A stretch of DNA of 55,108 nucleotides, taken from assembly GCA_030167865.1 (NCBI GenBank), contig JALAGF010001711.1, positions 1 to 55,108 of the forward strand, written 5' to 3'. This document shows positions 46,912 through 55,108 of the stretch, one piece after another (positions within the stretch are counted from its first letter, which is position 1; every line of letters begins with the position of its first letter). A program made the translations under genes and the position numbers. Origin of the DNA: Craspedostauros australis (lineage: Eukaryota). The notes below the pieces were generated by a model that was given only the letters and a program-made list of their open reading frames with translations, searched no databases and had not been told where the DNA came from.

Positions 46912-47404
46912 TCATTGTGCGCGTGAGGACGAGCAGTCGTACGAGCGGAGGACACACGAGCATCATGGAACAAACGTGAAAACTTTTTGTGCGGTGGATC
47001 AATTCAGAACAACATGTAATAGTACGTACAGCAACCACAGGTGCCCAACTCGTACAGCGCTGATAAGTATCATATGTACTATGCTATACACGGAGCAGCT
47101 ATCCGCACCTATTTGCTTGGACGAGCACATGCCTGGGGGATGATGTGGTACAGTCATGATGAGCTCAGCAGCAGCAGCAATACGTTTGGCAGCACTAAAG
47201 TAAAGTAAAAGAGATAATGCATAACATCGCGAGCAGTCACTCAGTCAATCAACCACTCCGACGATCTCTGCTCTACTCCGACAAGAACGCACCAACTGTC
47301 GCACGGGAGACTCCGACGATAACCACCAACCTCATTTTTGGTTTTGCATCACTGCAGTACGTCAATTCTCTCTCTATCAAATCATAACCATGACATTCAT
47401 TCAC

Positions 47405-50400
47405 TCATTCTCTACCGGCGTACTCTTCCTCCAGCTTATGGATCGATCGTTCCGCAAAGAACCGCACATCGCGATCCTGATCCTGCGCCAGCAACGTCAG
47501 CACCGGTTTCAGTTGACTCTCAAACACGGACACGGAACAGGCCTTCGGCGCTATCTGGCCCAGCTCCTTGGCCACGTTGAAGCGGATGTTGGGCACGGGA
47601 TCGCTGGCCATCTGCAGCAACGTGGGGATCACCACAGTGGATGCGATAGGCGGGTCCATTTCCAGTGCCATGTTGGCGTACGCTTGTACAGCCGTGAGTC
47701 GGCGCAGGTACGATCCGTTGTTCTGAATCTCGTTGATCGACGGGATGATCGTCTCGCAGGCCCACTTCGTACCGAACAGCGCCGTCAGCTGTTGCAGGTT
47801 CTTTGCCGCGGCAACGCGGATGGTTGCGATGTCGTCGCCCAGCCAATTCACGCATGTGGCTGCTAATCTGTCAGTGAAGAACGTCTCGCCAAGTTGCTTG
47901 CCCAACAGCGGGATGTGCTGAATGGTTGTCAGTCGAATTCTGAACAGCCATGTGTGAGTGCGTGCGTGCAGGATGTCGTGTTGGAATATAGGTGGTAGAG
48001 CAGAAGTGGCGGTGGTGGAAGTGGATGTGAGAAGACAGAAAGGCATTGGAGATGATTCGCAGTGTATGGTATGTATAGATGCAACTGCATGCCACCACGT
48101 GTGGATTCAGATGGGCGAGTGCAAGACCACAATACATGCACAAACTGTTTGTTCAGACACAGACGCGTGGAGCCAACGACATCCAGCGTGCGATGCTTGC
48201 TTCGGTTTTGACAAATGACCCGTAGAGTGCAGCTCACTTACCTCCATTGACCATCTTGGGCCAAGTCCAAGATCGCCGGCAGCAACGATTGGGAAAGAAG
48301 GTTGACTCCGACCACCTCATCCAATGCCTCCAATGACGATATCAGATTCAATCGGACTTCGGAGGCGGCGTCTCGCAGCAATAGCAGGATTGGAGGTACC
48401 AGATGTGTGATCGTCGCCTCTCTGCCCATGATGGGCGCCAGCTCCGTTGCCACCATCGCCAGCGCTGCTCTCACGTGCTCGCTGTCATCTTCCGTCAGTG
48501 ACGTTACTCGCGTCACCAATCGTTCGGCCACCGTGACACGAGGTCCGTCGTAATTGGTCATCGGTTCCATAGGACCGCCGTCCGGTCGTCCCTGCGTAGC
48601 CACTGGCACCATGGCTCCACAACGTGCCACCGATGCCAGATTGAACGTTGCTGCTGTTCTCACCTCCGCCTCAGGGTCCTGCAATAGCTTTTCGTACGCC
48701 GGAACCAACGAATCCATGACGTTCGGTAGCATATCGAATGCTGCAATGACGTGCGCAAACTTCGCCGCTGCCGTCCATCTCACTCTCCATGATCGGTCGT
48801 CGATGGTGGCAACTATCAGCGGTAGTAATCGTTCGATCAGGCTCGTCTCGCACGCTCGTAGTGCGTCCGCGGCGCCCCCATTCTCATTCACCACGTCGGA
48901 CATCACTCTCCCAAACATGACGCAATTCTCCGTTGTTTGCAGCCTCACAGAATCCTATTTGTTCATCACGTTGGTGTTAACGTCGACGTTGGCATTGGCA
49001 GTGTTGTTCGATCGAGGGTCCGAATGGAAGCAAGTGTACGAAGCATAAATAGCATGGAAAAAGAGTCGTTCAGTTGTAAGCGTGTAAGCGTAGGTGAGGA
49101 AGAGTTGAGTGCCATGGAAAGCAGAAAGTAGAGATAGGAGAGTGGCAACAGTTTTCGGAAGGCAGCTGAATCGTTATGAAGGGCGGCAACTTTACCATCT
49201 GCATCCGCATCAAGTGCAGTCTCTATTTTCATGAATACAAATCGTATGCACTGGAACACACATACATGCTCTCTCTCTCTCTCTCTTTGACAATGCATCA
49301 TTCGCAAGTTGCACAGGTCGAGACCATGAGAAGCAAGGCGAGACAATACAAAGCAAAGCAAGGAACGTACCGGTTGTTCGATGGAGGCCAAGTCTTCGTA
49401 GATAGGTATCAAAGTTGCTGGCACGGGCCCGCCTTCATCCAACGCTATTCTGCCGGACACCACGACCACATTCTGCAGCATCTTTCCCAAGGATTGCGTG
49501 GCGACTCTGCGCACCATGGGTGTATCATCGCGGCATAGCTTCGCAAAATGTTGCAGCGCATCCTCCTGCTGCTGTGCTGTCAGCTTCTGGTAGGCATTCG
49601 CAATGAGCGCCGCAGCTGATATCCTCGCCGTGAACCATTCCTTGGTTGCCAACCGCACCAGCATGTTCGCATATTCGTTCTGAAATGTCTCGCTCGGCAA
49701 GGCTTCGGAGATAGTCGATGTGGATGCGGATGCGGCATCACGCACTGCGCTCTCCTCCACCATCAGCAGCATCTCCAGCGGGGGAAGCAGTTTGTGGGCA
49801 TGGTCCTGACCGCCAACGTGACCCACCATCTTTCCGAGCGATGTTGCGACCGCCAGCAGCACCTCATCCTCGTCATCAATTCCATCTTTCAGGAATGGCA
49901 GAAGTTCCTGCAGCAGCCGCAATAGATTCCATGATGGTCCCAAACGAAGGTCGCGCCATACGCAAGCAAGCAATGATAACCATGATAACCATAGTGGCCA
50001 TGACCATGTTTGTGATGACAAATGAGAAAATAGGAAGAGTTGTGAGCGAAGAAGCAGATGACATAATACGTCGGTGTGAAGAAAGCATGCTCATGAGATA
50101 AAGAGCCTTGGATGGCGCATCGCGAAGGCACCTGAGGATCGTCCTCCCTCTTGCAAACAACATTGCGCAATTGATGGACAACGCTCACGCCCGCGCCGGA
50201 AGTATGGCATAACATCGCCATCTGTGACACGATGCTCATTGGGTTCTAGCCAACCTGACCAGACCTGCCGCGACAAAGCAATGAAGCAACTTGTGCAGTA
50301 CATGACCACGACACTGCAAAGAGGCCTTTCCCTTGCCGACATGAGCTTGGCACCCAACCACGACAACTGAAACACACCTCGCGAGTTCGCTTCTCGCCAA

Positions 50401-50518
50401 GCGCGACGGCGATGGCCTCCAGCTTGTTGGCTGCTGCAACTCTGGCCGACACATCCTCGCTCCGCAGCATCTCCAGGCTCTGCCGAGCCTCCTCTTCTTC
50501 CGTGATCATGGGGTCCAT
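47405..50518 (-). CDS. PP2AA: Protein phosphatase 2A scaffold subunit A (PR65, HEAT repeats), ~641 aa; exons 50518-50378, 49907-49371, 48954-48242, 47939-47405
   Basis: Conserved PR65 motifs ALGEKRTREELLPFL, DDEDEVLL, WFTARISA, DDTPMVRR, DSVRL, DRSWRVRW, LLQDPEAEVR, SEVRLNLIS, WRIRL, DPVPNIRFNVAK, DQDRDVRFFA. Three GT-AG introns give a total of 1926 nt in frame. Confidence 0.95.
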
Positions 50519-51070
50519 CGTGGACGTTCTCGCTCTTCGCCTGCTTTTGCTCTTTACGTCTCAGTCGCAACGTCGTCACGAATGTATGGTGGCGGGTTCT
50601 TCCAGAGCAGGGCTCACTGGCAAGCCAAGTCTCCGTCTCTCTGGTACTATACTGGAGGGTAACGTCTCCGTCCTCCTGGCTCTGCTCGGTTTTGAGCAAC
50701 CAGAAGCAAACAAGTGATGAAACGATGTTTGCGAACGGTGGCTGTTTTGCGTATCATCATTGCCATTCGGTTTGTGTTTGGAAGTTTGTTTGTGAATTCG
50801 GGACACACAAATGCGGAGTTTACGAAGCGCTACTTCAGTACATTAGTGTATGAGCCTAAACTTCTGGGTTCGAAGCTAGAGGTCTTCCCTCTCACATACA
50901 AACACAAGGAGTAGTCGTACCTACGCCCCGATCTGGATGCACTGCAAAGATATGATGGTTGTCGCACTCACAAAGCACAATGTTGAAACATGTGCTCATC
51001 TAGAGAGGGTGCTGGAAATATTGTATTCCTCTCTCGAACAAAGAAATATGCAGTGGGTGTTACGAATGCT

Positions 51071-52417
51071 TTAGCGGTTGTTCTCGCATGGTACGGTACA
51101 CTGGGAGCGATCTCGCTTTCTGCTGTTTTTTCTTTCAAAGGCACAATATCGCTCACCTAGCTCAGCGTAGTATTGGGGTGCATGTTGCAGCACCGCAAAC
51201 AGGAAGTCCGGTTTGCTGTATGTCTCCGGTTGATCGTCCATGATCCGGATGCATCGCTTCAGAAAGTCAGGCTCTGGCGCAATCTGTTCCACTTTGGACA
51301 CCGTCTGGTTCCATTTATTCCGCGAGAGGACCGATTCAATCCTTGTACTGCATGCCACACTTGTGTACCTCAGACTTTCAACCCTCCCCGGATTCGGACT
51401 GCACAACTTCCTATTGGGAGCGAGCTCAGCCTCAACCTGGCGGGTCACGACGTCCATTGACAGACGTGGCGCCAGCGTATTTCTTGAGACTGTGATCTGC
51501 GTGACGTTCCCAGCACGAATCCGTTTGCGCAATATCTTAAGATCATGCATGGTCCTGAGTTGCCCTCCCCAGTATTCTACGCGAGTGAGGCTCTTACTCT
51601 GGCAAACGGAATCTACCAATGCGGCGGACATCGCCGTGCCGGTATTCCAACGAAGAGTTGCTATGCTGGATTTAGCGAATATCTTGCGGAGATAATGTTC
51701 ACTGATTCCGTGACCCTCGAAGAGAGCCAAGGAGGCACCAAATGTTCCTTCCTGCAGCAAGGCATGGTACAGGCCCATGCCCCCATCCATGAAAGTACAG
51801 TGACGGAGAGAGAGGGTCCTTGACTTGCTTGCAATAGTCTTGACGTTCCGCGAACTGATACATCCCATCTCCATGAGATGGACGCGGTACACCAATGGCC
51901 AATGATCGATCATGACCCAGTGGACCCTTGGGCATGGCACAGCATAGACGTACGAAGAGAAGGGAACACGATCCGGGTCAGCTGAGAGCAGAACCATCAA
52001 GATGGCGTTCAGTTGACGTTCCGCATCCTCATCGATCCGGCCAGCTTCCGACACTATGCAGGAACGAAACTGGATGTAACAGCAAGGACTCGAGAGGAAG
52101 TTCGCCCATCCTTCCTTTTCCTTCAATTGTGACGTGATAACAATGTGGTCTCCAAAGAAGATTGTGCCCCAGCATCTGGTGAAACATTTCAATTGAGTTG
52201 AGTGATAGTTGCGAGCGATGACCACTTCCCATTGGCTTGGTGAGATGACGAGCCTTCTGGATGTGCCGAAGCCGCTTGGTGGATCAGGATGCAATGGAGG
52301 TGGTGCCTTGTAGCCCCAGCGCATCATTTTCGCCGCGCGTCCGCTATCGACGAGCATGCCTTTCTTAGTTCCCAACGTCAGCGACGCCCACGCCGCGCGC
52401 AGCTTTTCTCGATCCAT
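51071..52417 (-). CDS. Hypothetical protein, possibly degenerate RNI-like/leucine-rich repeat fold (~448 aa)
   Basis: Intronless ORF of normal-complexity protein. LxLxxC-like strands (TLSLRHCTFMDGG, SLTRVEY) and a C-terminal 'LSRN...PDFLFAVL' cap reminiscent of diatom RNI-like families. First ATG at 52417. Confidence 0.6.
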   Translation of the reverse strand: MDREKLRAAWASLTLGTKKGMLVDSGRAAKMMRWGYKAPPPLHPDPPSGFGTSRRLVISPSQWEVVIARNYHSTQLKCFTRCWGTIFFGDHIVITSQLKEKEGWANFLSSPCCYIQFRSCIVSEAGRIDEDAERQLNAILMVLLSADPDRVPFSSYVYAVPCPRVHWVMIDHWPLVYRVHLMEMGCISSRNVKTIASKSRTLSLRHCTFMDGGMGLYHALLQEGTFGASLALFEGHGISEHYLRKIFAKSSIATLRWNTGTAMSAALVDSVCQSKSLTRVEYWGGQLRTMHDLKILRKRIRAGNVTQITVSRNTLAPRLSMDVVTRQVEAELAPNRKLCSPNPGRVESLRYTSVACSTRIESVLSRNKWNQTVSKVEQIAPEPDFLKRCIRIMDDQPETYSKPDFLFAVLQHAPQYYAELGERYCAFERKNSRKRDRSQCTVPCENNR

Positions 52418-53369
52418 CTTCACAACGGGAGGTTGTATTCCGATGGACTGCCACTGCTGCGATTGCTTCTGCTTGACCCGTCTATTCAGATCGATTTGTC
52501 TGTCGTGCTCGTACTGAGTATCGAATGCTCGTCATGTGTGCCAGCCTTCACGGTGGGGGGACTTCGGTTGTGGGTATTGCGACGGGCGGAATGATTGTGG
52601 CAAAGATGTTGAAATCTGATGACAACACCTCATTTGGTGACCATGGATGCAAGCATCCGAGTTTTCTCCCAACTTTTCCCACACGAGCACAACGATGTCG
52701 GCGGCCGCACTCGACTCGTGCGAGTGGACGGTCCACGGTACGACGAGTACCAGATGCGCATGTGTTCTTGAGTCCGGACAACAGAGATGCAAGCACTCTT
52801 CTCTGCTCGCGCTCTCCTATCGTGCTGATAGTCGTAAGTGTAGACGATGGCTGGACGTATAAACATTTACTTTACAATGTGTACTATTATATGATATAAA
52901 CGAGATTGGATGTGATGGGTTTGGACTTTCATACGAGTACACGAAGGGGCAAGCCGTCGTGTTGGTACGTGTGCCATGGATGCGCTTGATACATCGAGAT
53001 GTCGACGATCCCGCGCAGTCCATTTGCCACAGCGGGAGATGCTCCACGAACTCTCACATACTCGTACATATGAATTCGAGTTGTGTGACACATCTCCATC
53101 TCGCCATGAACCCACGAAGGTCATGATGGGAGTGCGAGGGCCTCCTCAACGAGGGGCTTGTTGATCCATGCTTCTGCTGGATCTCTGTTCGAGAGCACCG
53201 TTCCATGAGAATGTCATTGTGCGCAGAGCGGCGGAGCATATTGACAAGGAACGCCGCCACTGTCTCAATGCCGAATCGCCGGATCTGTTCCGCTTGGTTG
53301 ATCATCCACCAAGCCATTCATTGGAGGATGGATGCGTTGGAGGACAGTCGGATAGTATCCAGATTGTGC

Positions 53370-54335
53370 TTACGTGGATGCCTGTGATTGTGGACGGTGT
53401 ATTGCAACGGCACGGAGAGAAACGAAAGGTGAGATGAGATCAAAGTGACGGACGCGTGTGCTGATGATTGTAGCGGTTTCGGTCCATCTCCTGGTTTGCC
53501 AATCATGTGTGCCGCTTTCTCGCTGGCAACGACGGACTGCATGAATAGACGAATGGATGCTTGGGCCATGGCAGGAGCAGCGTTTTCAACGTACCTTCTT
53601 GCTCTTGGTTTCCTTGAAACCATCCGCCGAAGCCGTCTTCGATTTTTTCGTGACCTCTGAGGTCTTTGGAGCCTTGGTGCTGCTCGCTGCAGTGGTAGTA
53701 GTCGTTGTTGTCGTAGTGCTGCCATTCTTCGGTGCCTTCGTGGACTTTGGCGCCTTGGTGCTCGCGCTTCCGCCAGTATCGCTGGTTGTCTTTGGGGACT
53801 TGGTGGCCTTCGGTGCCTTGGTGCTGCCACTTGTGGTATCGCTGGTTGTCTTTGGCGACTTGGTGGCCTTGACGCTCTTCATGGTTGGGGAGGCTGTGAT
53901 TGTTGGCATATATGTTGGTGCTGATGTCGGCAACCCTGTTGGCACTGCTGTTGGTGACAGGGTTGGGAGATCAGTTGGACGTGCGGTTGGCATGCCGGTC
54001 GGTGCTGCTGATCCTGTTGGCATATCCGTTGGTGTTGATGACGGCGACCCTGTTGGCACGCTGGTTGGGGCTGCTGTCGGCATGCTCGTTGGTACTGACG
54101 ACGGCGTCGAAGACGGTGCCTCTGATCTGGTGGGAACCGCCGATGGCAACGTCGATGGGGTTGCAGACGGCGCGATCGACCTGGTGGGAACAGCTGATGG
54201 CAAGGTCGATGGGGTCGCAGACGGCGCGATCGATCTGGTTGGAACGGACGATGGCGAACTGCTTGGTAGCTGCCCGTTCGTCGTGGCGACGTTTGAGAGG
54301 GCGACGAAGAGGAAGGAGAGAATGGAGATCTTCAT
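53370..54335 (-). CDS. Secreted silaffin/mucin-like protein, paralog of the 9220 gene; exon 54335-53595, probable intron 53594-53382, last exon 53381-53370 (unspliced ORF ends 53586)
   Basis: Near-identical signal peptide MKISILSFLFVALSNVATTNGQ, ~18-aa repeats PTRSIAPSATPSTLPSAV, PTMKSVK junction and TKAPKxTKxPK repeats. AAG|GTACGT donor; CACAG|GCA TCC ACG TAA acceptor. Confidence 0.8.
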
Positions 54336-54379
54336 GGTGGACGGCGTTGGCTGGTCTGATGAGGTTGTCGTTTGCGGTA

Positions 54380-54380
<1 letters not shown>

Positions 54381-54425
<45 letters not shown>
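54381..54425. repeat. (GCTGTT)n hexamer microsatellite in the 5' leader of the second silaffin-like gene
   Basis: About 7 units read directly. Confidence 0.9.
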
Positions 54426-54650
54426 GCGTTTGTAGCAGTGGGCAGATTGGTCAACTGATTGATTTTATGAGGACAATCTTGGCTTGTGCGTCGCGGTGAA
54501 AGTGTCGACGCACCATCAGGTCCCCAACTGTCGTCGCCGTTATGGCTGTTGTTGTTGTTGCTGTTGTTGTTGTTGTAGTCGGTACCATTTCCGTCGTGAT
54601 GGAGCAACACAGTTGTCTTGGTGGATGACATGCATCTTGGACGCTGACTC

Positions 54651-54821
54651 TCGAGTTTGGCCAAGGTTGGGACTTGGGAAACGATTGAATTTTTGTCGGT
54701 GTTTGCACGAGTTGTGAGCATGAACGGTGTCGTAGCTTTGGGCATCGTCACCAAGGGATTGTTGTTGTGGGTGTTGGCGATGCGATTGTGAATCTTGTGA
54801 CGATCTGCCAAAAATGTGAGC
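54651..54821 (-). promoter_or_regulatory. Conserved non-coding block upstream of silaffin-like gene copy 2
   Basis: Reverse complement matches 8579-8756 motif by motif and in the same order. Regulatory function is inferred. Confidence 0.65.
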
Positions 54822-55108
54822 GGATTGCGAGGACACTCGACAAACAAATCTTGTTCGACACGAGTGACGCAGCAAACGTGTTTGGAAACAATGCGATTTC
54901 TTCATGTTCGGAGAATCACGTACAGTCGGACAGACAATGGAGAACATCAGGCTCGTTATTTGTTGTCGTCGTGACCTTCGACCTCACCCAACAACTCTTA
55001 GTCGTGGTTTTCGAGTTACTCCGACATCATGTGGTGACCGTTGGTTTTGTGCCTTCTCTGTTGGTCTCTCGTTTGGTTGGATGCGCACTCCTTCGAACAA
55101 TCGCTTGC

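Noticed and set aside
38963-50518. Kinase + E3 ligase + PP2A scaffold as a functional signalling cluster
   Set aside because: These gene classes are common, and adjacency alone in a eukaryote is not evidence; no shared upstream element was seen.
1-55108. CRISPR array, tRNA/rRNA genes, prokaryotic operon or defence system, telomeric repeats
   Set aside because: No regularly spaced repeat-spacer units, cloverleaf, rRNA signature or TTAGGG array was seen; introns and gene families show a eukaryotic nuclear locus.

Overview
Eukaryotic nuclear DNA, most consistent with a pennate diatom. The evidence is GT-AG introns with GTAAGT/GTACGT/GTGAGG donors, bipartite plastid-targeting presequences, a DUF6824 protein, RXL motifs and silaffin-like KxxK proteins; the species cannot be determined. 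I can support about 15 protein genes, several only after manual splicing: a single-pass membrane protein, a basic/coiled-coil protein, two paralogous secreted Pro/Ser/Thr-rich + KxxK silaffin-like proteins ~44 kb apart in opposite orientation, a plastid-targeted COG0523/CobW GTPase, an acidic secreted RXL/GPI-type protein, an HMG-box factor, a plastid membrane protein, a Q/N-rich protein, a DUF6824 protein, a CAMKK-like kinase with very large inserts and a polybasic-CaaX tail, a membrane RING-H2 ligase, a TMEM220-like protein, the PP2A scaffold subunit A (4 exons) and an RNI/LRR-like protein. The first ~0.6 kb looks like transposon debris (possible LTR end plus a ~325-bp MITE-like inverted repeat). 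The strongest unexpected signals are a conserved ~175-bp non-coding block upstream of both silaffin-like paralogs, a shared intron just before their stop codons, the RXL/KxxK/acidic supersandwich-like GPI protein beside them, and a strongly over-represented intergenic TACGAGTA motif. No rRNA, tRNA or CRISPR array was seen. All alignments and counts were done by eye; no database searches were run.
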